Notes: a model not told the origin generated them from the sequence alone. 64,000 bases of DNA from an uncultured Pseudomonadota bacterium (GCA_963736955.1 CAVTQT010000002.1:248302-312301), one strand, 5' to 3'; positions 10,042 to 21,628 are shown, counted from the first letter of the stretch. A program made the numbers and translations.

Positions 10042-12282
10042 TCAGGGCTGATACGCCACGTATGACTCGACATCCGCCGCTGTCTTCCACATCAGCAGGG
10101 CATTGCGTCCGCTGCCGCTGCTGAGCGCGGAGTCTGTGGTCTCGATCCTGAGGTCGCCATTCACGTACGCCCGGATGTGCGTGCCGATGATCTCCAGTCG
10201 CAGATCGTGCCAGGCACCCAAGGTGAGCGCCTGCGGCACCGTCCCCAGTACCTGGATCTGTCCGTTCACCAGCCGCCGCAGCGAGAGCTGTTGTGAACGC
10301 CGGAGCGTCAGATAGTAGTAGTTGTTGTCATCGACGACGCGCGCCGCGAGTCCGATCCACGGATCGCTGCCGGTGCCATGACTCAGCGGCCGTACTCGCG
10401 TGCTGATCGACTGATAGCCGGCGGCGATCTTCGATACCCAGCGGGCATCGGCCTGGTTGTCTGACTGCCGCAGGTAGGTAGTCCCGCCGTCGGACGTGAC
10501 CGCCCAGGTGCCAGACGCGCTATGAAAACCCTCCGACCATTCGCGCAGGTCGCTGTCGAGACGCATCAGCACCCTCGTGCCGCCAGTCACGATGACGTTG
10601 TCCACGTCGAACCGCGTGCGGTAGCCCGTCACGCCGGGATGGCCCTGTGGCAGAGCGCTGTCCTTGACGAAAAGCTGCGGAATGCCGTTGATGAATACCG
10701 CGTGCTGGTTGCCGACGGATTCGAGGCGCATCCGGTAGTTGCGGCCCGTCTGGAAATTCGCCCGCACAGTCTTCGCCGCGAGTTCGGAGGAGACGCCGTC
10801 ACGCATGCGGCGCAGCGAGATCACATTGGGACAGCGGAACCTCACGTAGTAGTAGTTCTGTGCGTCAGTACGACGAGTGACCAGCCCGAACCACCGCCCG
10901 GCACCGGCGAACTCGAGGGGCCGCATGTCAGCTTCGATGGATTGGTCCGTCCAGTCGATCGCCGTGAGATGCGCCCCCGCAGCTCCCGCCAGGCTCGATT
11001 GGCGCATTACTCGCGTGACACCGGATTGCACCACCGCGAATGTTCCCGCTGTGGGCGTCCAGCGCGCGAAGTTGCCGGAGCTGAACGTGTCCTGCGTCCT
11101 GGCCGGAAAGCTGGCGGTATCAGGGACTTCGAAGACATACAGACGGCGCGGGAGCGCGGCGAGCAAATCGTTGGTGTCTGCCCCGTATGCCGCGACTTGC
11201 CGGCCGTCCTCGCTCACGGCCCAGTCCCACACGTCGAAGTCGGCGTTCAGGCGCGCGTGGTAAATGAACGCACCCGATGTGGACTGCCGATAGGCTCGCA
11301 GCACCCTCCACTCCAGAAACGTTTCCGCGTCTGGGCTTGGCAGCTCGTAGTCGCGTTCGTAGCCGTGCAAGAAGAGGTTGTTGCCGCGTAGTTTGCCTTC
11401 GCCAGAATTCGGCCTGAGCTCGATCTCGGGCTCGACCAACCGACCCGCCGGCACCCAGGCGCCCCCGGAGTATCGATAAAAATATCCGCGGTCGATGAAT
11501 GCCGTGTCACCCCGAACCGTGCCAAATGGCCCAAACCAGTTGAGAGAGGTTGGACTCGGCGGGGGAGCCGGAATGCTCCCGATGGGCGTCCAGGTGGATC
11601 CACTCGAGGGAGCGAAAGTCTCGGCGGGAGTTTGGGTGAGGCTGTCGAGCGGCGAGTGTACGACGATGGCGCGACCATCGTTGATGTCCGCCTGGTTATA
11701 ATCGCAACGCTGCCCGCCGATGGTGGCGACCTGCGTCCAGACGCCACCCAATTTGCGAAACTGCTGATACGGCGGCACACAAGTACGATTGCTGAAGGGG
11801 CTTTCCTGTCGCACGTAGATAGACCCGTCGTCGATACGGAAGACGTAGCCGTACTGAACCGCGATGGTGCCTGTCAACGCCCAGCCAGCCGCGCCGCGTT
11901 CGAAAACCCTGATGCCGTCCGCGGTCCATACCGTGGCCACCGTGCCATTCAGCGCCACGGCGACTGGCCATTGTTCGGCTGGCAATTGTTCGGTAAGAAC
12001 TCCAGCGTAGATCCACCTGCCCGCGGCGTTGCGCTCGAAGATGTAAACTCCGTTGACGCGATCGTACTGTGCGTTGATGGCGCGTTGTGCGCTCGCCAGC
12101 AGCGTCCCGCCGTCGATGGCCACGCCGGAATAGATATGCGGGAACTGTCCTTCGGGAACCCCGGGCAATGGCAGATCGAGATTCTGCGGCGGCACCAACA
12201 GGGGCCCCGCCCCGGCCGCGCACGTGAAGAGAACCAAGGCCGCCATTGGCAGCCTTCGGAACCAATCGAGACCAGTTTTCAT
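10042..12282 (-). CDS. large secreted protein with two C-terminal ConA/LamG (DUF1080-like) lectin domains
   Basis: 746-aa intact ORF with a signal peptide. It has two repeats of the pattern W...L..R..D..NYYY(V/L)...R...G....L, ending in H.(V/A)(F/Y)(I/V)NG, as in LamG/3-keto-disaccharide hydrolase-like folds. Confidence 0.55.
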   Translation of the reverse strand: MKTGLDWFRRLPMAALVLFTCAAGAGPLLVPPQNLDLPLPGVPEGQFPHIYSGVAIDGGTLLASAQRAINAQYDRVNGVYIFERNAAGRWIYAGVLTEQLPAEQWPVAVALNGTVATVWTADGIRVFERGAAGWALTGTIAVQYGYVFRIDDGSIYVRQESPFSNRTCVPPYQQFRKLGGVWTQVATIGGQRCDYNQADINDGRAIVVHSPLDSLTQTPAETFAPSSGSTWTPIGSIPAPPPSPTSLNWFGPFGTVRGDTAFIDRGYFYRYSGGAWVPAGRLVEPEIELRPNSGEGKLRGNNLFLHGYERDYELPSPDAETFLEWRVLRAYRQSTSGAFIYHARLNADFDVWDWAVSEDGRQVAAYGADTNDLLAALPRRLYVFEVPDTASFPARTQDTFSSGNFARWTPTAGTFAVVQSGVTRVMRQSSLAGAAGAHLTAIDWTDQSIEADMRPLEFAGAGRWFGLVTRRTDAQNYYYVRFRCPNVISLRRMRDGVSSELAAKTVRANFQTGRNYRMRLESVGNQHAVFINGIPQLFVKDSALPQGHPGVTGYRTRFDVDNVIVTGGTRVLMRLDSDLREWSEGFHSASGTWAVTSDGGTTYLRQSDNQADARWVSKIAAGYQSISTRVRPLSHGTGSDPWIGLAARVVDDNNYYYLTLRRSQQLSLRRLVNGQIQVLGTVPQALTLGAWHDLRLEIIGTHIRAYVNGDLRIETTDSALSSGSGRNALLMWKTAADVESYVAYQP

Positions 12283-12487
12283 GGCGAACCTGCTGGCAGG
12301 CCGCGAAAGTTAGCGGCTCAGGCACGATGAAGGTGCAACTTCCAGGCCATCCCACCCGGCCGCGGGATTCGGTGATTCGCGTTCGCGGTAGTCCCAACCG
12401 CGTAAGTTTTACCGATGCGGTGGAACAAATTGCCGAAGAATCTTTTTCATCGGCCCGCGGGAACGTCAGGAATCGTTAGATAGGCAG

Positions 12488-13576
12488 TTAGCCAGCCAAG
12501 CCGAGAAACGTTTCGATGCGCGCCAGTTCGGCATCACGTTCTCGCCGGAACGTCGGATCCTTCGGCGCGCGGCCGTTGGCGTAGCCGAAAGAAGCCACCA
12601 GCTGCCCGTCAACTACGGACAGATTCCCCCACCCCACGACCGCATCGCGCCACAGCAGCGGCAGCGCGTAGTAGCCGCGCACGCGTTTGGGGGCCGGTGT
12701 GTAGGCTTCGAAGCGGTATGCCCAGCGCCAGAAGAGTTCGAAGCGCCGCCGGTCCCACACCACGGGGTCGAACGGAGCCAGCAAGCGCACCTGGTCATTC
12801 ACGACGTGGCGGCGCGAGCGCGGGTTCTCGCCTTCCGGCCAGTACCAGGTGTGGCCATCGACCGTCGCGTGCGCCAGGCGCTCCTTCGCGCGCGCCAGCG
12901 CGGACTTCCGCGCGTCGACCCAGTGCGGCACTGCGAACTTCAGGAGCACCACCAATTGCGACAGCGACGCCGCCGTCAGCGGCGCGTATTTGTTCACGAT
13001 GATGTCCACGAGCGTGTCCATCGTCGCGTTCGGATCCGCTGGCGCCACGCTCACTTCGCGCGGCGCATACATCCGTATGCCGCCCTCGCGGCGCGCGATT
13101 CGCAGCAGCCCGCGGTAATGCATGCCGTCCAGCAACTGCGTCGATGCGTTGCTCGAGCCACCGAACCAGTTCGTCGCCTTTCCGTGTGCGAAGTGCGAGT
13201 CGACCTCGCGCGGATGGACCACCCCGCGCTCGCGAATGAAATCCAACACCTCATTCGCCTGGCGGTAGCGCGCCTTCGTCCACACTTGCCGCGCCGTGCG
13301 CGGATGCATCAGCGCATGCACTTCGCGCGGCACGAAGCCATAGTTGACGAAGAAGTCCTCCTCGATCGGCAAGCTCGAATAGCGACGCTCGAGGTCACCG
13401 GCACGGTAGTTGGCGACGCGGTGGCGAAGCGTCAGGTCTTGCGCTCGCGCGGGGGCGCGGATGGGATCGGCTTGAACAAAGCCGAGCTTCGCAATTGCCC
13501 TGCGAAGCGTCGTCGGCTTGAAGAGCGAGCGGGAGATGGCGTAGCGGCGGAGGTCGGAGAGAGTTGGAGGAGTCAT
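12488..13576 (-). CDS. YcaQ/AlkZ-family winged-helix DNA glycosylase-like protein
   Basis: Family-typical segments are present: LGFVQADPI, YFEAYTPAPKRVRGYYALPLLW. I chose the internal ATG at 13576, preceded by GAGG, over ORF start 13615, which would overlap the upstream MFS gene. Confidence 0.65.
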   Translation of the reverse strand: MTPPTLSDLRRYAISRSLFKPTTLRRAIAKLGFVQADPIRAPARAQDLTLRHRVANYRAGDLERRYSSLPIEEDFFVNYGFVPREVHALMHPRTARQVWTKARYRQANEVLDFIRERGVVHPREVDSHFAHGKATNWFGGSSNASTQLLDGMHYRGLLRIARREGGIRMYAPREVSVAPADPNATMDTLVDIIVNKYAPLTAASLSQLVVLLKFAVPHWVDARKSALARAKERLAHATVDGHTWYWPEGENPRSRRHVVNDQVRLLAPFDPVVWDRRRFELFWRWAYRFEAYTPAPKRVRGYYALPLLWRDAVVGWGNLSVVDGQLVASFGYANGRAPKDPTFRRERDAELARIETFLGLAG

Positions 13577-13581
13577 GAGCC

Positions 13582-14724
13582 TCACTCGCGACGCGGCGCC
13601 ACGACGCCCGCGCACAGAGGCACCGATATCAACAACGCCGGGATCATCCAGAATGCCAGGGTCAGTCCGATGTGATCGGCCACGAAGCCGATGACAGCAG
13701 GCCCGAGAAGAATGCCGGCATAACCTGTCGTCGTGATTACCGCGATCGCGAGGCCCGGGGGCATCACCTTCTGACTACCCGCGCGACGGAACAACACGGG
13801 CACGACGTTCGCCGCGCCAAGGCCGATCAGGATGAAAGCCGCCATCGCGACGGACACGACCGGCGCGATCAGCAGCACGATGAAACCAGCGATGGCCACC
13901 AGGCTTCCCCCGATCATGATGGCGCGATCTCCGATCCTCGCGGTGAGTGCGTCGCCGGTGAAGCGCATCGCTGTCATTGCGATCGAGAACAACATGTAGC
14001 CCATGCCACCCTGCTCCACGTCCACCAGGCCATTGCCAGTGATGAGCAATGCACTCCAGTCGAGCAGCGCACCTTCGGCCAGGAAGGTGATCGCGGCAAG
14101 CGCAGCGATGACCAGTACGACGCCGCGCGGCAACGCGAAGTGTGGTTCCCCTTCTGCGGTCCTGGTCCGCAGCAGGCCCGGCCAGGTCGCGAACATCGCC
14201 ATGACCATCAGCCCCGCGCCGATCACCACGCACAATAGAGGCCCGAGACCCAATGACAGCAGCAGCGTGATGAATGCCGCACCCGCGAATCCACCGAGGC
14301 TGTAGAGCGCGTGAAAGCCGGACAGCAGCGGCTGGCCGACTGCGTGCTCCACCTCGACGCCATGGATGTTCATCGCCACGTCGAGTGAACCGAGAGTGGC
14401 GCCGAAGAGGAGTAGCGTCACCCCGAGCGTGAACGGCGTCGACGCGATGGCCAGCCAGGGCAGCACTGCTGCCAGGGCGAATCCGCTGACCAGAATGACC
14501 GGGCGCGTACCAAACCTCGAGCTCAACGTGCCGGCGAAGAACATCGCCAACAGCGAGCCGACGCCGAGGCACAGCAGCAAGATGCCGAGCACCCGCTCGT
14601 CGATCCCGAGACGGTCCTTCGCATAAGGCACGAGCGGCGCCCAGCAGGAGACCCCGAATCCGGCGACGAGGAATGCGAGGCGCGTCGAGATGCGCGCCGG
14701 AAGATTGTCAGCGGATGAGTTCAA
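13582..14724 (-). CDS. MFS transporter
   Basis: 380-aa ORF with about 12 hydrophobic segments and Gly/Ala/Leu-rich composition. Confidence 0.8.
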   Translation of the reverse strand: MNSSADNLPARISTRLAFLVAGFGVSCWAPLVPYAKDRLGIDERVLGILLLCLGVGSLLAMFFAGTLSSRFGTRPVILVSGFALAAVLPWLAIASTPFTLGVTLLLFGATLGSLDVAMNIHGVEVEHAVGQPLLSGFHALYSLGGFAGAAFITLLLSLGLGPLLCVVIGAGLMVMAMFATWPGLLRTRTAEGEPHFALPRGVVLVIAALAAITFLAEGALLDWSALLITGNGLVDVEQGGMGYMLFSIAMTAMRFTGDALTARIGDRAIMIGGSLVAIAGFIVLLIAPVVSVAMAAFILIGLGAANVVPVLFRRAGSQKVMPPGLAIAVITTTGYAGILLGPAVIGFVADHIGLTLAFWMIPALLISVPLCAGVVAPRRE

Positions 14725-14795
14725 CTGAAGGCCGATAGTGCCAGAACTCAGTAGAGGTATGCTCTACGCCACGGCAACTGCATGAGCACGGAACC

Positions 14796-16037
14796 ATGAC
14801 CACCCGAAACTTCACGCCCCGTCCGATGAAACTCAGCGTGTTGACCGCTGCGTTCCAGGAGCTGACACCACGCGATCGGCGCGACCCTGATCCGGACCTC
14901 GCCATCGAAGAATGGCTGGACTTCGCTCGCGACATCGGTTCACCCAACATCCAGCTTTCTTCCGCGCTGCATCCGACGTTGAGCGATGTCCCGCCCGAAG
15001 CGATGCTCGACCCGGTGGCCAATACGCTCGACCTGCGTGCGCCTTTTGACAAGAACCGCGCATCCCGTGTGCAGAAGGCGATGCGCGCCACGGGCGTCGG
15101 TCTCTCGGATCTCGGCTACTTCGACAACATGCTCACGGACGATCCAGCCGCACGCAAACACAAGCACGACTTCATGTTGCGGGTGTTCGATGCCGCTGCG
15201 CTGTTAGGCACAAACGCCGTGTGCGGCTTCGTCGGCCGCAACATCCGGCTCGAGATGGATGAGAACCTCGTCATGTTCGAGGAGCAGTTCATACCCTTGC
15301 TCAAGGAGGCCAAGGCACGCGGCCTCACCTACCGCGTCGAGCAATGCCCGATGCCGGGATGGAACACGCTCGACCGATGGCACAACAACATCGCGTACGC
15401 GCCGGGTCCCTGGATCGCCCTGCATAGAATCTGCGAGAAGCATGGTGTCGGTGATCAGTTCCGCATTCATTACGACCCATCGCACGCCATCCTGATGGGA
15501 CAGGACACGCGCTCGATATTCCAGTACCTGAAAGATGAGGGCTATGGGTTCCTGATCGGTGGCTTTCACGTCAAGGGACAGGTCGTCGACTCCCGTGGCG
15601 TATCCGCGTGGGGGTATGGCGGCCAGACCATGCAGCGCGGCGATTGGAAAGACGGCAAACCCTCGCCCAACCCTGCGGACGCCGCCAATGCGTGGAAGAA
15701 GCAGGTGGTGCTCGCCGAGCACGAGCTGCCCGGCACGGCACGTCACGATCCCCTCGCCTATCTGCAGAATCGCACCGTCGATTGGCTCGACCACCAGCTC
15801 GCCGCCCGGGAGCTCTTGTCGATCGATCCCGCGGACACCTATCTAGTCGTCGAACACGAGTACCCGCCGGCCCGCATTCAGGACAAGGCGCGGCTCGCAC
15901 CGATATTGAAAGGGTCGCTCGCGTTCGCGAAGGCAATCGACGAGGCCGCCGCGGCGATGTTTGCGCTTCAACACGAAGTGATGGCGGCGCAGGGAATCCC
16001 GATCCAGGGCAAAGGCCGGGAAGCGTATCGATCGTGA
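14796..16037 (+). CDS. sugar phosphate isomerase/epimerase (xylose-isomerase-like TIM barrel) family protein
   Basis: 413-aa ORF. The family assignment comes from the overall sequence pattern (…[10 protein letters not shown]…, …HYDPSH…). Its stop overlaps the start of the next gene. Confidence 0.6.
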   Translation: MTTRNFTPRPMKLSVLTAAFQELTPRDRRDPDPDLAIEEWLDFARDIGSPNIQLSSALHPTLSDVPPEAMLDPVANTLDLRAPFDKNRASRVQKAMRATGVGLSDLGYFDNMLTDDPAARKHKHDFMLRVFDAAALLGTNAVCGFVGRNIRLEMDENLVMFEEQFIPLLKEAKARGLTYRVEQCPMPGWNTLDRWHNNIAYAPGPWIALHRICEKHGVGDQFRIHYDPSHAILMGQDTRSIFQYLKDEGYGFLIGGFHVKGQVVDSRGVSAWGYGGQTMQRGDWKDGKPSPNPADAANAWKKQVVLAEHELPGTARHDPLAYLQNRTVDWLDHQLAARELLSIDPADTYLVVEHEYPPARIQDKARLAPILKGSLAFAKAIDEAAAAMFALQHEVMAAQGIPIQGKGREAYRS

Positions 16038-17266
16038 TTGGGGCTCGGCTGAGCGTGATGATGTTCCTGCAGTTCTTCATCTGGGGCTGCTGGTTCGTCA
16101 CGCTGGGAACGTTTCTGGCGGCCAACTTCCAGGCGAGCGGCGCGCAGACAGGGCTCGCGTTCTCCACGCAGTCCTGGGGCGCGATCATCGCGCCGTTCAT
16201 CATCGGGCTGATTGCCGATCGTTACTTCAACGCCGAGCGCATCCTCGCGGTACTGCACTTCGCCGGCGCGGTGTTGATGTACCACATGTATCAAGCGCAG
16301 GACTTCGCGCAGTTCTACCCCTATGTCCTCGCGTACATGATCGCGTACATGCCGACGCTGGCCCTGGTCAACTCGATCTCGTTCCGCCAGCTCACGGATC
16401 CATCGCGACAGTTCTCGCTGGTGCGCGTGTGGGGCACGGTGGGCTGGATCGTCGCCGGACTCGTGATCAGTTTCGTGTTCCACTGGGATTCGCAGGAGGC
16501 AGTAGCTGACGGTGCGCTGCGCAACACCTTTCTGCTGGGCACGGTGATGTCGCTGCTGCTGGCCATTTTCAGTTTGACCCTGCCCGCCACGCCGCCCACG
16601 GTAATCAAGAGCGGGTTCTCGCTGCGCGCCGCTCTCGGACTCGATGCGTTGAAGTTGCTTCGTGACCGGAACTTCGCAGTGTTCTTCATCTCGTCCGTGC
16701 TGATCTGCATTCCCCTGGCCTTCTACTACCAGAATGCCAGCCCGTTCCTGACGGAGATCGGCACCACGAATGCCACCGGCAAACTGACCATCGGTCAGAT
16801 GTCGGAAGTCGTGTTCATGCTGCTGTTACCCATCTTCCTGCTGCGTTTCGGCATCAAGAAGACGCTGTTGTTAGGAATGCTCGCCTGGGTGGTTCGCTAC
16901 GTACTGTTCGCCTATGGCGGCCAGGACAACATTTCGGCGCTATTGATCGTCGGCATCGCACTGCATGGCATCTGCTACGACTTCTTCTTCGTCTCGGGCC
17001 AGATCTACACCGATTCGAAAGCCGGTGAGCACTATCGCAGCGCCGCTCAAGGCATGATCACGCTAGCGACGTATGGCGTTGGAATGTTGGTTGGATTCTC
17101 GATTGCCGGAAAGATCGCCGATCGATTCAACGTCAACGGTGAGCACGACTGGTTTCAGATCTGGGTATATCCGGCTGCGATTGCCGCCGTAATCATGGTT
17201 CTGTTCGCGGTGCTGTATCGGAACGAAGCCATCACGTACCAGAGTCGTCAGTCGCGCGAGCGCTGA
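16034..17266 (+). CDS. nucleoside:H+ symporter family MFS permease (NupG/XapB-like)
   Basis: GTG 16034 overlaps the upstream TGA (GTGA). The N-terminus, [22 protein letters not shown], closely resembles the NupG N-terminus. About 12 TM segments. Confidence 0.75.
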   Translation: MIGARLSVMMFLQFFIWGCWFVTLGTFLAANFQASGAQTGLAFSTQSWGAIIAPFIIGLIADRYFNAERILAVLHFAGAVLMYHMYQAQDFAQFYPYVLAYMIAYMPTLALVNSISFRQLTDPSRQFSLVRVWGTVGWIVAGLVISFVFHWDSQEAVADGALRNTFLLGTVMSLLLAIFSLTLPATPPTVIKSGFSLRAALGLDALKLLRDRNFAVFFISSVLICIPLAFYYQNASPFLTEIGTTNATGKLTIGQMSEVVFMLLLPIFLLRFGIKKTLLLGMLAWVVRYVLFAYGGQDNISALLIVGIALHGICYDFFFVSGQIYTDSKAGEHYRSAAQGMITLATYGVGMLVGFSIAGKIADRFNVNGEHDWFQIWVYPAAIAAVIMVLFAVLYRNEAITYQSRQSRER

Positions 17267-18774
17267 ACGGAATAGGATTTCTCAGGGCCGGAAAGCTTGC
17301 GTATCGTGTCCCCGAGCTGGAAGAAATAGAGAAGAGTCCCCAAGCCGATCGACGCGTTGCGCTTCTGGTACGCAGAGCTGACAGCGGATCGCAGCACGTG
17401 TGTCGTCAAACGAGCCATTCGGTCCACGCGGGTCTGCCGCGTGACCAGACCGTACCAGCCGGCGCGGACACTGAACTTCATGCCATCGAGCAACGCGCCT
17501 CCGCGCCGCTTCACCGAATACGGTATCGCGGCAAGTCGCGGATGCGCTGCTCTGATCGTGTCGCTATGAAACGTCCTGTCCAGCAGCACCTCCGGCGGAA
17601 GCGATGCAAGAAAGTCGAACAGCCGATGATCGAGATACGGGCAGAAGCAGGTCTTGACGCCGGAAAAGACAGCAAACGGCGACAGCGCTATTACTCGCCT
17701 CGTGCGGTTCCAGAAGTAGAACATCGTCGTCGGGTTGGCTGCATTTGCGTAGCGCTCAAGTTCGTGGGCGATCTGCTCACGCGCCACGTCGTCGCTGTGT
17801 GCAACCCGAAATGCCGGATCGAGCACGTGCTGAATCACCTCAGTGCTGGGCTTCATCAGCAATTCGGCAAGTTCGCGAAAGCGCCCCGCACAGTGCAGAT
17901 CGAGCCTGGGGCGGCTCGCGAACGACGACGCCGAGAGAACGCCGCCAGCGATTCCATCGTAGATCGTATCCACGGACGTGCCCAAGTACTGCCCGGCCGA
18001 TACGAGCCATGCATGCTCGTCGGTGCAAAAGCTGGTGGTGATGTTCTTGCGTCGTTCTGCCTCGAACCGCGGAAGCTGGCCAACGACGATGTGCTTCAAC
18101 CCGAAGGATTGGGTGAGCAACCGCGCGATCTCGACATCGTTATTGCCTGCGCCGTACTTGTTCGCGGTGATGCAATACCGCGGGCGACAACCCGCCGCGC
18201 ACAACTCCAACAGGATGTGTCGAGAATCTCGCCCTCCGCTGAGCGGAAGCGCGAAGTCGCCGCTTCGGGGCAGTCGCCTCGCGATGGCGGCGCGGAACAT
18301 CTGCGCATACGTTTCGATCGCCTCGCTGCGAGTGATCTTCAGTTGCGAGCCGATATGACGAACTTCCTCCACATGCAACGTCCCGTCCCAGGTGAACGAA
18401 CGGTTCGGCGGGACGACCTTGATGTGACGGAACGGAGTCTGGTTGCCAATGAAAAAGCCCAGGTGAAGGAAGACTGCGATGGCCTCGCGGTCGATTTCCA
18501 GCGGAGCGCCTTCTTGCAACAGCCGAACCAGGTTGGGCGAAATGCCGAACTCATCGCCGCGGCTGAAATAGAACAGCGGACCAAATCCGTACCGGTCGAC
18601 TTCGACCGTCAGCCTCTGCCCTTGCCACTTCCAGCCTGCAAAAACGCCGTCGTCGGGCCCACCGGTCTCGGCCGGCACGCGATGGCCAAATTCATGCGAA
18701 AGATCACCGCGAACCGCGAATCCATCGGCCACCTTCTTCGCGCCGAAGAAAGGGACCGGCACAGGATTGAACAT
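17248..18774 (-). CDS. asparagine synthetase-like PP-loop ATP-pyrophosphatase (no N-terminal catalytic Cys)
   Basis: The PP-loop motif is LPLSGGRDSRHIL. There is AsnB-like N- and C-domain similarity. The predicted N-terminus MFNPVP... lacks the Cys2 nucleophile. Confidence 0.7.
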   Translation of the reverse strand: MFNPVPVPFFGAKKVADGFAVRGDLSHEFGHRVPAETGGPDDGVFAGWKWQGQRLTVEVDRYGFGPLFYFSRGDEFGISPNLVRLLQEGAPLEIDREAIAVFLHLGFFIGNQTPFRHIKVVPPNRSFTWDGTLHVEEVRHIGSQLKITRSEAIETYAQMFRAAIARRLPRSGDFALPLSGGRDSRHILLELCAAGCRPRYCITANKYGAGNNDVEIARLLTQSFGLKHIVVGQLPRFEAERRKNITTSFCTDEHAWLVSAGQYLGTSVDTIYDGIAGGVLSASSFASRPRLDLHCAGRFRELAELLMKPSTEVIQHVLDPAFRVAHSDDVAREQIAHELERYANAANPTTMFYFWNRTRRVIALSPFAVFSGVKTCFCPYLDHRLFDFLASLPPEVLLDRTFHSDTIRAAHPRLAAIPYSVKRRGGALLDGMKFSVRAGWYGLVTRQTRVDRMARLTTHVLRSAVSSAYQKRNASIGLGTLLYFFQLGDTIRKLSGPEKSYSVQRSRD

Positions 18775-19438
18775 CGTCGAAACCTCCGCACGCATTGCTC
18801 GACTCCGCTAACAAGTGCCATTCAGGGCTTTTAGAGTGCCACAGTTTTTGTCGGTCGGTCGAGAATAGGAAACAGCACGCGCGCGCGGCGCGTGGCCGGG
18901 GGTGCGATTCACGCGCAAGTGGTTAGGCTTCGCGCACCTGCTCAAAGACATTCGTTTTGATGCGCATCACATCGTGCACCAGCATCACGAGAATCATCAG
19001 CTTGCGAATGTGATGAGGCGGAAAGCGCGACTACGTTTTTGGGCACCCTCAAACTATCGAAAGCGATCAGACTACCCGCTCGCGCATGTGCATTCCGAAC
19101 CGCAAGCAGTTTTGAAAGCAAATCGATGCCGCAATGACACCAACTAAAAGTATTGCCGCCGGATTACCAGGCTTTGACGAGACAGCATTCGCGCTGGCGC
19201 CAGCTTTAAATCCTCGGATAAGCCGTTAAGGTCCTGCATGCCTTCGTGGCAGTCGGCCTTTTGAATGGACACCGCTAGTCCAACTGATTGAAAACCCGAG
19301 AATTTTCGCGTCCGAGCCAAACTCCGCACTCTCTCAAGCAATCCTCTCCGTTTTTCACTACCATTCGCCGCTCTAAAAATGCCTTAGAGGCCCGGATTCG
19401 GGCCCTCAACTCTCTGAATTTATAACGGAATTTCGCAA

Positions 19439-21601
19439 ATGGCCCGTACTACGCCCCTGGCTGATATTCGAAACATCGGAATCATCGCGCACGTCGATGC
19501 CGGTAAGACCACCACCACCGAACGCATCCTCTACTACACGGGTCGCAAGCACACGATCGTCGACATCCATGACACCAAGGATTTGAAGACCTCGACGACG
19601 ACGGATTACATGGAGCAGGAACAGAAGCGCGGCATCACGATTCAGTCGGCGGCCGTCTCGACGTTCTGGCGCAAGAAGAAGATCAACGTCATCGACACCC
19701 CCGGGCACGTGGACTTCACGATCGAAGTGAACCGTTCGCTGCGCGTGCTCGACGGCGCGGTCGTGGTGTTCGACGGCGTGGCGGGCGTGGAGCCGCAGTC
19801 GGAGACGAACTGGCGCCTGGCTAACAACTACAACGTGCCGCGTATCTGCTACGTGAACAAGATGGACCGCAGCGGCGCGAACTTCGTGCGTTGCATGGAC
19901 ATGATCAAGACGCGCCTCGGCGCGCGTCCGCTCGCCGTGCAGATCCCGATCGGCTCGGAAGACAACTTCAAGGGCATGATCGATCTCGTCGAAGAGAACG
20001 CGCTCGTCTGGGACTCGGACGACAAGGACGCGAAGTGGCAGATCATTCCGGTAGGCGATGGCAAGGGCCTGGCTGACAAGCTCGGCATCACGGTGCCGTC
20101 GGATCGCAAGATCCTCGACAACTACAGCAAGTACCGCCACGAGCTGGTGGACACCGCTCTCGAGATGGACGACGAGGCGATGGAAAAGTACCTGACGGAC
20201 AACGTACCGCCGACGGCCGACGTGCTGCGTTCGTGCATCCGCAAGGGTGTCATCGCGAGCAAGTTCAACCCGGTGCTGTGCGGCTCCTCATATAAGAACA
20301 AGGGCGTGCAGCAGGTGCTGGACGCGGTGGTCGACTACATGCCGGCCCCGACCGACGTCGACGCCATCAAGACGGTGGACGCCGATGGCAACCCGATCGG
20401 TGAACGCAAGACCGCTGACGACGAACCGTTCTCCGGCCTGGCGTTCAAGGTCATCAACGACATCTACGGCGCGCTGACCTTCGTGCGCGTGTACTCGGGC
20501 GTGCTCACCAAGGGCATGTCGGTCACGAACACCACGCGCGGCAAGCGCGAGAAGATCGGCCGCATGGTCGAGATGTTCGCCGAGAAGCAGAACCCGATCG
20601 AAGAAGCACGCGCCGGCGACATCATCGCCCTCGTCTCGCTCGCCGAGACGGACACTGGCGACACGCTGTGCGACACGGATCACCAGGTGGTGCTGGAGCG
20701 CATGCGCTTCCCCGACCCCGTGATCAGCGTTTCCGTGAAGGCCAAGCTCAAGACCGAAGCCGAGAAGTTCGGCGCGGCGCTCGGCAAGATGGTTCGTGCC
20801 GATCCGTCGCTGCATCTCGAAACGGATCGCGAGACGAACGAAACCATTCTGCGCGGCATGGGCGAGCTTCACCTTGAAGTGACGCTCGATCGCATGCGTA
20901 CGGAGTTTGGCGTGGAAGGCGTCATGGGCGAGCCGCAGGTGGCTTACCGTGAGAGCTTCACCAAGAGCGTCGACGAACACTACGTCCACAAGAAGCAGAC
21001 CGGCGGTTCGGGCCAGTTCGCCGAAGTGTGGATCAAGTTCGAGCCGCTGCCCCGCGGCACCGGCTTCGAGTTCGTGGACGAAACGACCGGCGGCTCCGTG
21101 CCGCGCGAGTTCGTGCCGGCCGTGGAAAAGGGCCTCAAGATCCAGAAGGAAGACGGCGTGTTGGCGCACTTCCCCACCGTGGACTTCCGCGCTTCGCTGC
21201 ACGACGGCAGCTACCACGACGTCGACTCGAACGCGCTGACGTTCGAAATCGCCGCCAAGGCCTGCTTCCGCGAAGGTATCCGCAAGGCCGGCCCGCAGTT
21301 GTTAGAGCCGGTGATGAAGGTCGAGACCGTGACCCCGGGAGACTACCTGGGCGACGTGATCGGCGACATGAACCGCCGCCGCGGCACGATCCTCGATCAG
21401 ATCGAGCGTGGTGCGAACATCGCGGTAGTTGCGACCGTGCCGCTCTCCGAAATGTTCGGCTACATCGGCCAGCTGCGTTCCATGAGCTCGGGCCGTGCGT
21501 CGTTCACCATGGAGTTCTCGCACTATGATCCGGTGCCGAAGAACGTGGCGGACGAAGTCATCGCCGACGTGGCCAAGCGCAAGGCTGCGCTGAACGCGTA
21601 A
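19439..21601 (+). CDS. fusA: elongation factor G, divergent stand-alone paralog
   Basis: G1 is AHVDAGKTT and G3 is DTPGHVDF. Domain IV/V signatures are [12 protein letters not shown] and [12 protein letters not shown]. Switch I is atypical ([30 protein letters not shown]). No rpsL, rpsG or tuf gene is adjacent. Confidence 0.9.
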   Translation: MARTTPLADIRNIGIIAHVDAGKTTTTERILYYTGRKHTIVDIHDTKDLKTSTTTDYMEQEQKRGITIQSAAVSTFWRKKKINVIDTPGHVDFTIEVNRSLRVLDGAVVVFDGVAGVEPQSETNWRLANNYNVPRICYVNKMDRSGANFVRCMDMIKTRLGARPLAVQIPIGSEDNFKGMIDLVEENALVWDSDDKDAKWQIIPVGDGKGLADKLGITVPSDRKILDNYSKYRHELVDTALEMDDEAMEKYLTDNVPPTADVLRSCIRKGVIASKFNPVLCGSSYKNKGVQQVLDAVVDYMPAPTDVDAIKTVDADGNPIGERKTADDEPFSGLAFKVINDIYGALTFVRVYSGVLTKGMSVTNTTRGKREKIGRMVEMFAEKQNPIEEARAGDIIALVSLAETDTGDTLCDTDHQVVLERMRFPDPVISVSVKAKLKTEAEKFGAALGKMVRADPSLHLETDRETNETILRGMGELHLEVTLDRMRTEFGVEGVMGEPQVAYRESFTKSVDEHYVHKKQTGGSGQFAEVWIKFEPLPRGTGFEFVDETTGGSVPREFVPAVEKGLKIQKEDGVLAHFPTVDFRASLHDGSYHDVDSNALTFEIAAKACFREGIRKAGPQLLEPVMKVETVTPGDYLGDVIGDMNRRRGTILDQIERGANIAVVATVPLSEMFGYIGQLRSMSSGRASFTMEFSHYDPVPKNVADEVIADVAKRKAALNA

Positions 21602-21628
21602 CCTCGTTTCAGCTCTGCTGAAAATCAA

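Noticed and set aside
18902-19341. ORFs 18902-19147 (+, 81 aa) and 19144-19341 (-, 65 aa) in the low-GC intergenic region.
   Set aside because: They have no RBS, no recognisable motifs and atypical composition. I treat the region as non-coding and flag it only as a possible leader or sRNA region.
17248-19440. A lasso-peptide or other RiPP cluster around the AsnB-like gene.
   Set aside because: No B-type protease, RRE/PqqD-like gene or plausible precursor ORF is present. The only minus-strand ORFs upstream (for example 19144-19341, and 18609-18821, which overlaps the enzyme gene) have no leader/core-like features.
19439-21601. EF-G as part of the conserved str operon.
   Set aside because: No rpsL or rpsG gene lies upstream and no tuf gene lies downstream. 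It is flanked by a long non-coding region and a HAD phosphatase gene.
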